64,000 bases of DNA from Phycisphaerae bacterium (GCA_029260055.1 JAJDDX010000382.1:2562-66561), one strand, 5' to 3'; shown: positions 8,274 through 16,935, counted from the stretch's first letter. The notes: a model not told the origin generated them from the letters alone. Numbers and translations: made by a program.

Positions 8274-9461
8274 GTGTTGCCCGAGACCACCGAATACGCC
8301 ACGCTCCCTGAGATCTTCGCCGCGTATTGGCCGATCCTGGCCGGCTCCTTCCTGGTTTCGTTGATCGCCACGCCGGTTTGCCGGTGGTTCGCCCTTCGCA
8401 AAGGCATCGTCGACCGCCCCGACGACTGGCTCAAGCCGCACAAGAAGCCCGTGCCCTACCTCGGAGGCCTCGCGGTCTTCCTCGGATGGGCAGCCGGCGT
8501 CGGGCTGGCGCTACTGATGTTCGAATCCGTCAAGGGAACGACGCCCGAGCCTCGCGGGGCACCGTCGCTGGATCACGGGATGATGATCGGCATTCTCGTG
8601 GCTGTCTCTGCCGCCATGCTGCTCGGCCTGTTCGACGATCTTCGCCTGGCTTCAGCCAAGTTCAAACTCGCCGCTCAGATTGCGATCGGCGTGTTTCTGA
8701 TCATCGTCGGCGTGGGACATGATTCGATCCTCATCGTGCTTCGCTCGCCGGGAATACGTATCTACGACATCGAACCCTGGCTCGTGGTCGCCTACTCCGT
8801 ACCGGTGACGCTGTTCATCACACTCGGTGCGTGCAATGCCACGAATCTGATCGACGGAATGGACGGTCTGTGTTCCGGCGTGCTCGGCATTATCGCAGCC
8901 GGGTTCCTGGTAATCGCCGTTCACCTCCACCTGTGGGGCGACTGGCATCCCTGGGACGTGCAGCGGGTGGTGCTTTCCCTCGCGATGTTGGGCGCGGCTC
9001 TCGGGTTCCTCCCCTTCAACCGCAACCCGGCGAAAATCTTCATGGGCGACGCCGGGTCGCTTGTGCTGGGGTTGAACGTGGCGATCCTGCTGCTGCTGTT
9101 TGCGAAACAAAGCGCCCTGCGCTGGCTGCTCGGCTCACTGATGGTCTTCGGCCTACCACTGGCTGACATGGTGCTGACGCTGGTGCGGCGGTGGCGAAGT
9201 CAGAGGCCCCTCATGCAGGGCGACCGAAGCCACTTCTACGACCAGTTGGTCGATCGCGGCCTTCCGGTGCGCAAGGTAGTGCGAATCAGCTACGCCCTTG
9301 CAGCCGCCTTCGCCCTGTTCGGTTGCGCGTCCATTGTTTTGAGGACGCGATATGTACTGCTGGTCTACTTCCTGGTCGGTGCGTCGCTCGCCATCGTGGT
9401 CAAACGCTTCAAGATGGTCCGCGCGGACGTGCCCGACGATCACGCCCCGCACGACGCGTAG
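8274..9461 (+). CDS. MraY/WecA-family polyprenyl-phosphate N-acetylhexosamine-1-phosphate transferase
   Basis: Polytopic membrane protein with the NATNLIDGMDGL and FMGDAGS motifs typical of WecA/TagO/MraY. GTG start. Confidence 0.8.
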   Translation: MLPETTEYATLPEIFAAYWPILAGSFLVSLIATPVCRWFALRKGIVDRPDDWLKPHKKPVPYLGGLAVFLGWAAGVGLALLMFESVKGTTPEPRGAPSLDHGMMIGILVAVSAAMLLGLFDDLRLASAKFKLAAQIAIGVFLIIVGVGHDSILIVLRSPGIRIYDIEPWLVVAYSVPVTLFITLGACNATNLIDGMDGLCSGVLGIIAAGFLVIAVHLHLWGDWHPWDVQRVVLSLAMLGAALGFLPFNRNPAKIFMGDAGSLVLGLNVAILLLLFAKQSALRWLLGSLMVFGLPLADMVLTLVRRWRSQRPLMQGDRSHFYDQLVDRGLPVRKVVRISYALAAAFALFGCASIVLRTRYVLLVYFLVGASLAIVVKRFKMVRADVPDDHAPHDA

Positions 9462-9466
9462 CCGCG

Positions 9467-10987
9467 TCAGCCGCCAACCCGCCGGTATAGGTCCCCCACG
9501 CGCTCCCAGGAGCCGCTCGGCAAGGGCGTTGAAGGGACGTCGGCGTTGAGCGGCACCAGCACGATGGGTCGCCCTTGTTCGATGGCCAGCCCGATCAACC
9601 CCGGCTTGGGCCTTGCGCGAACCTCGACCCACCTCGCCTCCGCGCGGAGCACACGGTAGCGCACCGCGAACGCAGCCATGCCGTCTTCGACGACGATTAG
9701 ACCTCGTTCACCCGCCAATTCGACCGCCTCTCGGCTCATCCGTTCGGCGGAACCATCAGCGATAGACCACGGTGAAAACAGATACACGTAGTCGTCGCGG
9801 TATGGCTTGTGGTGTTCATGGCCCTCGAGCACGTCGAAGTGCCGGCCGACAGCGGGCATGAGGACGTAAACCACGGGCGTAAGAGCGAGTGACGCGACCG
9901 CCGACCCCAAGAATACCGCGGCCTGTCGCTTCGTGTACTGCTCGACGATGCGGGCGACGCCGAGCCCGCCGAAGATCGCGAGGAAGAAGTACGACGGCAA
10001 GAAGAACGTGTACTGGTCGATGATCGAGTATCTCAGTGCAAACACGGCGTGGATGGCTAGTGCCGCGACCAAAACGCGTCGCGCGGCAACGGGCACGCCC
10101 GACGCGCGGACGCGCACCAAACCGTACCCCGCGGTCGGAAGAAACAGGTTCGGGAAGCTGAGCACCACGAAGGACAGGGACACCGCGATGAGGCCGCTCG
10201 AAGGGGACAAGTTCAGGACGTTGTCGGCGAATTTGTGGCCGAACAGTGCCGAGTGAAGCGTCGGCCCGAGTTCACCGCCCTGCAGCAACGCCAAGGCGAT
10301 CAAGCCGGCGTAGAGGCTCGCTCCGACGCACCAGACAGCCGCGCACCCGAGAACGTGCCTGACCCGAAGACGGTGCCTGGACACCAGCACGCAGGCGAGG
10401 ACGAAAAGGACGGGCGTCGTTAGCGCGCCGAGCATGTGGTTGGAAATCCCGAGTCCGTTGAACAGACATGCCAGCAGGAAGTACCGCGGGCGGTCCGTCG
10501 CGAGATACCTGATGACGCACCAGCATTCGGCGGAGAGTAACGCCGTCGTCAGGGTATAGGTCTCCGTGACGGTCGCCATCGACCAGAAGGTGTGGGCAAT
10601 CCCCAGCGAGGCGCAGGCGAACCACGCCGCCTTCCGGTGCCGCGTCAACGCCATGACGCAGCCGAAGGTGTTGGCGACGGTCACGGCAGCCGCAAAGGCG
10701 CTGATGAGCGTGATCGAAAAACACGGCTCGATAAACGGTAACCCGGCAAGTGCTCGTCCGATGAAATGGTGCAACGGGTGGCTCAGCGCCAGCCCGAGTG
10801 GATTCGTGGCTTCGCCCGTGACGATCCGAAGGATGTGATGACCGGAGTCCTGCCATTGGGCGCCGCGGTTGGCTGTGACGGCATACAGGGCAAGCGCCGC
10901 CACGAACACCGCGAGCCAGTCACGCCAAAGCGCAGGCGGTGAGCGCCGCGTATCTGGTGCTGGTGATGGCGCGGCGCTCTGAGGCAT
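9467..10987 (-). CDS. GT-C-type membrane glycosyltransferase-like protein (DUF2723/PMT_2-like, tentative)
   Basis: More than 10 predicted TM helices. The N-terminal segment YAVTANRGAQWQDSGHHI...LSHPLHH resembles the WDSGE...HPPG signature of DUF2723. I placed the start at the ATG at 10987, because the longer ORF would overlap the divergent HAD gene. Confidence 0.5.
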   Translation of the reverse strand: MPQSAAPSPAPDTRRSPPALWRDWLAVFVAALALYAVTANRGAQWQDSGHHILRIVTGEATNPLGLALSHPLHHFIGRALAGLPFIEPCFSITLISAFAAAVTVANTFGCVMALTRHRKAAWFACASLGIAHTFWSMATVTETYTLTTALLSAECWCVIRYLATDRPRYFLLACLFNGLGISNHMLGALTTPVLFVLACVLVSRHRLRVRHVLGCAAVWCVGASLYAGLIALALLQGGELGPTLHSALFGHKFADNVLNLSPSSGLIAVSLSFVVLSFPNLFLPTAGYGLVRVRASGVPVAARRVLVAALAIHAVFALRYSIIDQYTFFLPSYFFLAIFGGLGVARIVEQYTKRQAAVFLGSAVASLALTPVVYVLMPAVGRHFDVLEGHEHHKPYRDDYVYLFSPWSIADGSAERMSREAVELAGERGLIVVEDGMAAFAVRYRVLRAEARWVEVRARPKPGLIGLAIEQGRPIVLVPLNADVPSTPLPSGSWERVGDLYRRVGG

Positions 10988-11168
10988 CCCTGTCCTCGCC
11001 GGCGGCGTCCCGTAAGACCGTTGAACATCGCGAATCCGCGGCACACGATAAGCTACGGCATCCCGGGAGACAACAAAGAGCCTTGTGTTTACGGCGCGGG
11101 CCGCCAAACTGGCACCGAAGGCCTTAAGGAAAAGGCGAGACAACCGGTACGGTGGAGCGAGCGGATCG

Positions 11169-11846
11169 ATGGCGGACACACAGGTGATTGGCGTGATCTT
11201 CGACATGGACGGCGTGCTCGTTGACTCCGCGGATGCCCACTTCGAGAGTTGGATGTTGCTGGCGGCCGAGCGCGGGGTGTCGGTGACGCGCGAGCAGTTC
11301 GATGCTACGTTCGGCAGGCAGAACCGCGACATCATTCCGATCGTCTTTGGCGAGAGCCGCGATCGGGAGGTGGCCGCCATGTCGGACCGCAAGGAGGAAC
11401 TCTATCGCGACCTCGTGCGCACGCGCCCGCCGGTCGTGGATGGCTCCGTTCAGCTCGTACGCGGGCTCCATGACGCCGGGGCCATGCTCGCCGTCGGCTC
11501 GTCGGCGCCGCGAGCGAACATCGACCTGATTCTCGATTGCATGGGCGTGTCAGCGTTGATCTCGGCCGTCGTCAGCGCTGACGACGTCACGCGCGGCAAG
11601 CCCGATCCACAGGTATTTGCCGTCTGCTGTGAACGGCTCGGGCTCCCGCCGGCCCGCTGCGTCGTCGTCGAGGATGCCCCGGCAGGTACCCAGGCGGGCC
11701 GCGCTGCCGGAGCGAAGACGGTGGCGGTCCTGATCCACCACCGCGAGGCGGCGTTCGTGGGCGTCGACCTGGCAGTCCCCAGGCTCGCCGATTTGACCGT
11801 CGAGGACCTCGTCGCGCTGGCTGACGCGCCGCCCAAGTGTCGCTAG
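11169..11846 (+). CDS. HAD-superfamily hydrolase, beta-phosphoglucomutase-like
   Basis: Motif I is IFDMDGVLVDS, motif II is GSSAPR, and motifs III/IV are GKPDPQVF and VVEDAPAG. Confidence 0.8.
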   Translation: MADTQVIGVIFDMDGVLVDSADAHFESWMLLAAERGVSVTREQFDATFGRQNRDIIPIVFGESRDREVAAMSDRKEELYRDLVRTRPPVVDGSVQLVRGLHDAGAMLAVGSSAPRANIDLILDCMGVSALISAVVSADDVTRGKPDPQVFAVCCERLGLPPARCVVVEDAPAGTQAGRAAGAKTVAVLIHHREAAFVGVDLAVPRLADLTVEDLVALADAPPKCR

Positions 11847-12025
11847 TTGTCGATTCGGCCCGTAGATTTCTGGAGTTACCGATACCAGGGGACTACAATG
11901 AACCTGGTATGCTGGCGCGTAGACGTTCCCGAGGGGCGCCTTGCGTCCGGTATTACGGGCTTGTGGAACGCCTCTCCTTGGGCGGGGTCACCCGGATCGC
12001 CCCACCCAGTTCGAGCCAACCGCCC

Positions 12026-13255
12026 ATGCTTCGAAAACCTGAAATCAAGCTGTTCGTAGTGATCTTCGGCCTGACGACCGCTTTCTTGCTTTGCGCATTC
12101 CAGTTTGGCTTGATCGAGAGGATCGCCTACGACATTGAAAGTGGCCAACAACTCGCGATGCGTGAGTCGCTGGCGAAACTGCCGAATATGGCGGACTCGG
12201 CCGTCACCAACCGCGCGGTGGCGCGGCTGGCCATGCCGGCGGTGTTGAGCATTGAAACCGAGTTGCCGCCCGTCCTTGCCGCTGAACCCGGTGTCGGCGG
12301 AGCCAAGCATGATCTCGATTGGCTCCTCGGATCGGCCACCGACTTGCCGGCGTTCGCGGATGCCGAGCGGACCTATGGAAGTGACGGTCAGTCCGATTCG
12401 ACGGCACGGTCTCGCCGCGGAGTTGGCAGCGGTTTCATTTACGATGCATCGGGCGGCCTGGCTCTGACGAATGCCCACGTCATTGACGGCGCCGACACGG
12501 TACGTGTCCGCCTTGCTGACGGCCGCGAAGCCATGGGTACGGTACTCGGCGTCGATCACGATGCCGATCTCGCCGTCGTGCGCGTCAACTTGGCCTTCTT
12601 GCGCGAGCTGCCGTTCGGTGACAACGAATCGGTTGCCGTCGGGGACGAGGTTTTTGCGGTAGGCAACCCATTCGGCCTCCAGGGTACGGTCAGCAAGGGC
12701 ATCATCAGTGCCGTCGACCGGCGGAACGTAGCCGTGGGGGATGATCCGTACGAATCGCTGCTGCAGACCGACGCGGTGATCAGCCCGGGAAGCAGCGGGG
12801 GGCCGCTGCTGAACAAGCGCGGCGAGGTCATCGGCATCAACACCGCCAGGGCGACGAACACGGGGCGTTACGAGGGTGTCGGGTTTGCCATTCCCGCGGA
12901 CCGGGCACAGCGGATCGCCGCGGCGCTGGTCGATGGCCGTCCCGGTTTTCTTGGCGTGATCGTGGACAACGTGGCCGATCCGAAGATCGAAACGGACGTG
13001 CGTGCCGCCGGATGGAAGGATTCCTACGGGGTTTTCGTGCAGGAAATCGTGCCCGGCCTGGCCGCGGACAGAGCCGGCCTCAAGCCGCGCGACATCATCC
13101 TGGAACTCGAGACGGAGCGTGTCGGCACGACATGTGACTTAGGCCGCATGGTCGCGCTGCGTGAGCCCGGCACGCCCGTTAGCGTCAGGGTCTGGCGAGA
13201 CGGCGGGCCGGTGACGCTTCCCGTTCAGATTGGCGGTCGGACCGACTTGCAGTAG
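12026..13255 (+). CDS. HtrA/DegP-family serine protease with a PDZ domain
   Basis: His (TNAHVI), Asp (DLAV) and Ser (GSSGGPL) triad context, with a C-terminal PDZ-like region. The start is uncertain; I chose the ATG at 12026 before the TM helix. Confidence 0.8.
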   Translation: MLRKPEIKLFVVIFGLTTAFLLCAFQFGLIERIAYDIESGQQLAMRESLAKLPNMADSAVTNRAVARLAMPAVLSIETELPPVLAAEPGVGGAKHDLDWLLGSATDLPAFADAERTYGSDGQSDSTARSRRGVGSGFIYDASGGLALTNAHVIDGADTVRVRLADGREAMGTVLGVDHDADLAVVRVNLAFLRELPFGDNESVAVGDEVFAVGNPFGLQGTVSKGIISAVDRRNVAVGDDPYESLLQTDAVISPGSSGGPLLNKRGEVIGINTARATNTGRYEGVGFAIPADRAQRIAAALVDGRPGFLGVIVDNVADPKIETDVRAAGWKDSYGVFVQEIVPGLAADRAGLKPRDIILELETERVGTTCDLGRMVALREPGTPVSVRVWRDGGPVTLPVQIGGRTDLQ

Positions 13256-13309
13256 CGCACCGTCCGGGTGTGAGCCCCGCGCGGCTGTGTCTGGCGAAGC
13301 CGCGTGCGC

Positions 13310-13771
13310 TTAGCTCTCTCCGCCGACGTCGCGCCAGGTCGACAGATAGAAAAGCCGATCTTCCTCCGCCGTGTGTCGTCGGATCGTGGCGATAAGTTCC
13401 CGCACCTTCAGCACGAACACTTCGCCATCTTCCAGCGACCGGTCCGCCACGGACGCGGCGGTACGAATGATTCGATCGAGCGCGCCGAGAATCGCCGTGT
13501 GCTCGTCGGTCAAACGGCGGCGTTCCTCCGCGAACTCTGGTGACAGCGGCGCGGCATCCGGCGATGTGATCCAATCCCCGGCCTGATGGCTCCTGACGCG
13601 AGCGTGCAGACACGTGAGCTCGTCGCGAAGGGCATCGATGGCCGCGGCGTCGAGCGGCGCGTCGGCGGCAGCCCCATCGAGCTGCTCGTTGATGCGGACA
13701 AGCACGGAGGATATCGTCTCGCCGGGAGCTTGACGGTCCAGAGGGAGGCTTTCCGATGGTGTGGTTGACAT
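13310..13771 (-). CDS. Small helical protein, possibly a hemerythrin/HHE-type domain
   Basis: 153-aa ORF with spaced His/Glu pairs (LTDEHTAIL, RRHTAEEDRLFY). The functional assignment is weak. Confidence 0.4.
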   Translation of the reverse strand: MSTTPSESLPLDRQAPGETISSVLVRINEQLDGAAADAPLDAAAIDALRDELTCLHARVRSHQAGDWITSPDAAPLSPEFAEERRRLTDEHTAILGALDRIIRTAASVADRSLEDGEVFVLKVRELIATIRRHTAEEDRLFYLSTWRDVGGES

Positions 13772-13851
13772 CGTCTTCGCTCCTGAATACGAGTCGGACG
13801 TGGTGGCAGCATCCCGTTGCGGCTACGCGGGCTCCATCCTTGTAACCTACT

Positions 13852-13880
13852 ATACTAGTACAAAACGCGTCCTAATGCAA
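13852..13880 (-). promoter_or_regulatory. Candidate sigma70-type promoter for the 13310-13771 gene
   Basis: On the minus strand the sequence reads TTGCAT-N17-TAGTAT, in a local AT-rich patch about 80 nt upstream of the start codon. Confidence 0.35.
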
Positions 13881-14144
13881 GTTTGCGGCCCATGTGCCCG
13901 ATAACGCCGCCAAAAACGGACAAACACCCGTTTTCAGGTGTCACGACCCGTGCCGGAGTCGCCTGCGTCGATCCAACGCGGCCGTGCGGTCCCGGCGGCG
14001 ATGCGCGCGTGACCGGGCACGACCCGTTTGATCGCGAGCTGATGCGCGGCTAAGCTCGGCGCATGTGGCGGACATGCCTCTGGCACGTTCGGCTACCTGA
14101 GCCGGGCACTATTCACGGTATAGCGGGTATACGGAGAGCTACAC

Positions 14145-14495
14145 ATGGCCGGTAAGGTCGATTGGTACTATCACCGCAACGGGTGAACATCGTGCACCAA
14201 AGCGCAGGGGTTCCTTGCCAAGCACGACATCGGATCGAAAGAAACCGTCAGCGCGTCCGCCAAGCTCGGACGCGAGGATGCACTCGAGTTGGCCTCGAAT
14301 GCCTCCAGAGTCATCGTGGCCAAAGGGCGGAAGGTGACCACCTTCGATATGAAGAAGGAGCGACCCGACGATGCCACACTTCTGGCACATATGCTGGGTC
14401 CGACGGGCAACTTGCGCGCGCCGACCATCCGCAAGGGCAAGACCCTCCTGGTAGGCTTCGACGACGACACGTTTCGCGATGTCCTCCGCGTCTAG
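14145..14495 (+). CDS. ArsC/Spx/YffB-family thioredoxin-fold protein with an in-frame UGA (candidate selenocysteine, UxxC)
   Basis: ATG at 14145 is preceded by GGAGAG. The translation is MAGKVDWYYHRNG-[TGA 14184-14186]-TSCTKAQGFLAKHDI...LRAPTIRKGKTLLVGFDDDTFRDVL. The TGA sits where the family has the first Cys of its CxxC motif, and both flanks match the family in the same frame. Confidence 0.6.
14190..14227 (+). promoter_or_regulatory. SECIS-like stem-loop downstream of the in-frame UGA
   Basis: Lower stem UCGUGC/GCACGA (14190-14195 with 14222-14227). Upper stem GCAGGG/CCUUGC (14204-14209 with 14213-14218, including one G-U pair). Apical loop is GUU and starts 26 nt after the UGA. Confidence 0.4.
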
Positions 14496-14633
14496 GCGGT
14501 GCGGTCCAAAGAGGATCATGATCAGGCGTGCCCGGCGGGGCGCCGGTTGCTGTCTTCCGCGCCGGTGCCGCACCCCGCTTCTCGGCTCCACTTGCCGCCC
14601 CGCACTCGTTAACCAACTGCACTGACTCGACTT

Positions 14634-15254
14634 ATGAAGTCTCCCGCGAAAAAGTGTCGCCGAGGGTGGTTTTGTGTTTGCAATTCCAATAGCGGCCACG
14701 GTATTTGCGCCACCGTGCCGGCCAACGTCTATGTCGACTTGCTCGGTCTTGCCGGCGGCGTGCGGGGACTGGCGCTGAGCGGGACGCAGACGTTCGACCC
14801 GATCAACAGCCCGCTCCACGCGGGCATCGACGGAATCGATGACCTGGAAGACCTGACCGCTCAGTTGGCGTCCTACCAGAACGCCAACGGGTCATGGTAC
14901 TGGAACTCAGACCTTCCCGGGCCGGCCGCTAGCGACGAGGACACACAGGTTTCGGCTTACGCGGTGCTCGCCCTGGTGGAGGCCGGCCGATGGACCGCCG
15001 CCGACTACACCGGCGCCATCGCGGACGGCAAGGCGTGGCTGCTCTCGATGCAACTGCCGGATGAGGCGTTCCTGAGCTATCCCGGCGGTGACGAGAACAC
15101 CGAGGTCGAAGGCGAGGCGCTATCGGCGATTGCGGCCGAGGTCGGGGACCCGGTCGGCATCCCGACGGTGTCCGAGTGGGGCCTGGTCGTCATGACGTTG
15201 TTGGGCTTCGCGGTTTCTACGGTCTTCTTTGGGCGTCGACGCCGAACAGCCTGA
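14634..15254 (+). CDS. Prenyltransferase/terpene-cyclase-repeat protein with an IPTL-CTERM-like sorting signal (possibly N-terminally truncated)
   Basis: Has QNANGSWYW and AYAVLAL repeat motifs. The C-terminus is IPTVSEWGLVVMTLLGFAVSTVFFGRRRR (motif, TM helix, basic tail). There is no recognisable signal peptide at the N-terminus. Confidence 0.55.
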   Translation: MKSPAKKCRRGWFCVCNSNSGHGICATVPANVYVDLLGLAGGVRGLALSGTQTFDPINSPLHAGIDGIDDLEDLTAQLASYQNANGSWYWNSDLPGPAASDEDTQVSAYAVLALVEAGRWTAADYTGAIADGKAWLLSMQLPDEAFLSYPGGDENTEVEGEALSAIAAEVGDPVGIPTVSEWGLVVMTLLGFAVSTVFFGRRRRTA

Positions 15255-15340
15255 CCGCGGCCGCAGCCTGTTGGCCCATCCCGTACTCCATGGCAACCAC
15301 GGGTGGCGCTCGCTGATAAGCAGCCACTTCGATACGGCGG

Positions 15341-16675
15341 CTAGCGACCCTCATGGAGTTTCTCGGCCGGGTAGAAGTCGTATCTCTTTTGGTCGGCTGA
15401 GTAAGTCAAGTATTCCCATCGCGACAGTTCGAGAAGGTCGCTTCGCGCCGTGGCGTAGGACACCGCGAACGTGCTCTGATGCTCGGCGATCGTGAAGACC
15501 CGATCCGGGTTTCGGGCACCCTGCACCACCACCTCTTGCTGCCTGTGGTTCAACCTCTTGTCTGCCCTGATCAGCTTGCGTGCGTCTGACAGTTGACGTT
15601 GCTTCTCTCTCATGAAGTCGCGCAGTTCTTGTCTTGCTCGCTTGATGATCTTGGTCTTGTACATCAAGAAATACGTAATATCGAACTCGTCCGTTTCGCA
15701 GTACAGGTAGGCTCGTGCATACCTCGATGGGCCGCGAATGATGAGCCGGGAGATGGGCAGATACTCGAACAGCCAATACCCCTGCCGCAGCATGGACCAG
15801 TAGAAGAGCGCCCTTGCGGTCCGTCCGTTTCCGTCACAGAACGGGTGGTCAAAACCGAGTTGGAAGTGAAGCACGCACGCCCTGATCACCGGATGGACGA
15901 ATTCCTTGGTGTCCGTCGGCTGATTGGCGAATTCGCACAGCCGCTCGATTCGCTTTTCCAATTCGGATGCGGGAGGTGGCACGTGCATGACAGTGCCGTC
16001 CCGGTCGTCGATCACACTGATGTCGTCTTCGTCGCGCCGAAAGCGACCCACGCCATCATCCCCATCGAGCGTGTCCTTCGTCAGGATCTCCTGCAGCTCC
16101 AGCAGGAAGTCTCTGGACAGCGGGGTCGCTCTGTGCTCACGGACGAACAGGATGGCGTGATAGTTGTTCACGACCATGCGTTCACCCCTGGTCTTCGGCT
16201 TGCGTCCGGACCTTAGGAGTTTCTTGGCGTCCCGCCGCGTAGTCACGGCCCCCTCCAGCATGCTTGACGCAATGGCCTCTTCGCGCAGGGCACCGAGGAT
16301 GAACCGCTCGCGCTGATGATGCGCAAGCGGGGCCTCGTCGTCGGACAAAAGCCGTCCTGCCGTCTGCTGGTCGATCAGCATGAGTTCATGCTGAACTTGA
16401 TCAGGGACGTTGAATCGCAGTAGATGGTCGTCGCTTCCGACCAACGGGAGGAAGCCGTAGCGTGGCATCCGGCTCATTTTGACCATGAACCACGCGAGTT
16501 CGGCGTCCACGCCGGCGGAACGGGCCGTCATTTTCACAAGGTCCCAAGGCCAATAGCCTGCCTCGCACCTCCGGGTGTACTCCGCAGAATCCTGACTGCT
16601 TATGGCCTCATTTAGGTCAGCCGCGCGGCGGCTAATCAGATCGTTGAAAGGCGGCGGTTGCTTCGGAATCCTCAT
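15341..16675 (-). CDS. fic: Fic-family protein (AMPylase-type) with an internal inhibitory motif and a C-terminal winged-helix domain
   Basis: Canonical Fic motif HPFCDGNGRTARAL. An upstream SSMLEG matches the [ST]xxxE[GN] inhibitory helix. The C-terminal region is wHTH-like. Sampled stretches of the gene (15601-15720) are 45-48% GC, well below the flanks. Confidence 0.85.
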   Translation of the reverse strand: MRIPKQPPPFNDLISRRAADLNEAISSQDSAEYTRRCEAGYWPWDLVKMTARSAGVDAELAWFMVKMSRMPRYGFLPLVGSDDHLLRFNVPDQVQHELMLIDQQTAGRLLSDDEAPLAHHQRERFILGALREEAIASSMLEGAVTTRRDAKKLLRSGRKPKTRGERMVVNNYHAILFVREHRATPLSRDFLLELQEILTKDTLDGDDGVGRFRRDEDDISVIDDRDGTVMHVPPPASELEKRIERLCEFANQPTDTKEFVHPVIRACVLHFQLGFDHPFCDGNGRTARALFYWSMLRQGYWLFEYLPISRLIIRGPSRYARAYLYCETDEFDITYFLMYKTKIIKRARQELRDFMREKQRQLSDARKLIRADKRLNHRQQEVVVQGARNPDRVFTIAEHQSTFAVSYATARSDLLELSRWEYLTYSADQKRYDFYPAEKLHEGR

Positions 16676-16676
16676 T

Positions 16677-16707
16677 AATCTATCACTTTCTGTCGAATTG
16701 ATAGAAA
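16677..16707. promoter_or_regulatory. Operator-like inverted repeat 1 in the fic 5' UTR
   Basis: AATCTATCA-N13-TGATAGAAA. The second half-site matches the reverse complement of the first at 7 of 9 positions. It lies immediately upstream of the fic start codon. Confidence 0.5.
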
Positions 16708-16722
16708 ATGCCTAGCCGAGGA

Positions 16723-16751
16723 ACCATACCTCAATAATCTATCAATGTCAA
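16723..16751 (-). promoter_or_regulatory. Candidate fic promoter
   Basis: The minus strand reads TTGACA-N17-TATGGT. The -35 hexamer lies inside the spacer of inverted repeat 2. Confidence 0.45.
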
Positions 16752-16766
16752 GCAAACTGATAGATT
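16736..16766. promoter_or_regulatory. Operator-like inverted repeat 2 overlapping the fic -35 region
   Basis: AATCTATCA-N13-TGATAGATT, a perfect 9-bp inverted repeat with the same half-site and spacing as repeat 1. The two repeats are 59 bp apart centre to centre. Confidence 0.55.
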
Positions 16767-16892
16767 TGCGCTGTCGCAAAGTTATCGGACGGGTCGACCC
16801 CGGCCTGCGGAGCCGGCTGCAAACGGCCGAGCGCAAAGCGGCACTGGCTGCTTGTCACACCGCGCGAGACCGCGCAAGCTGCGGGCTGGGCA

Positions 16893-16911
16893 GGGGTGGA
16901 CACGCCACCCC
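16893..16911. repeat. Type B hairpin (GGGGTGGACACGCCACCCC)
   Basis: 7-bp stem GGGGTGG/CCACCCC. The core GGTGGACACGCCACC matches 6241-6255 (GGTGGACAAGCCACC) at 14 of 15 positions. Confidence 0.6.
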
Positions 16912-16935
16912 GGCCGGATTGGATCACTGATCGTC

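Noticed and set aside
10988-11392. 135-codon N-terminal extension of the GT-C membrane protein ORF, and the 28-codon extension of the HAD ORF (11085-11168).
   Set aside because: The extensions overlap each other on opposite strands and lack family similarity. Internal ATGs at 10987 and 11169 precede the conserved domains and leave a normal divergent promoter gap.
14139-14819. 226-aa minus-strand ORF, and the 14162-14521 plus-strand ORF, overlapping the ArsC-like gene.
   Set aside because: Neither has family resemblance. Both overlap a frame that shows clear ArsC-family similarity on both sides of the TGA. They are typical high-GC shadow ORFs.
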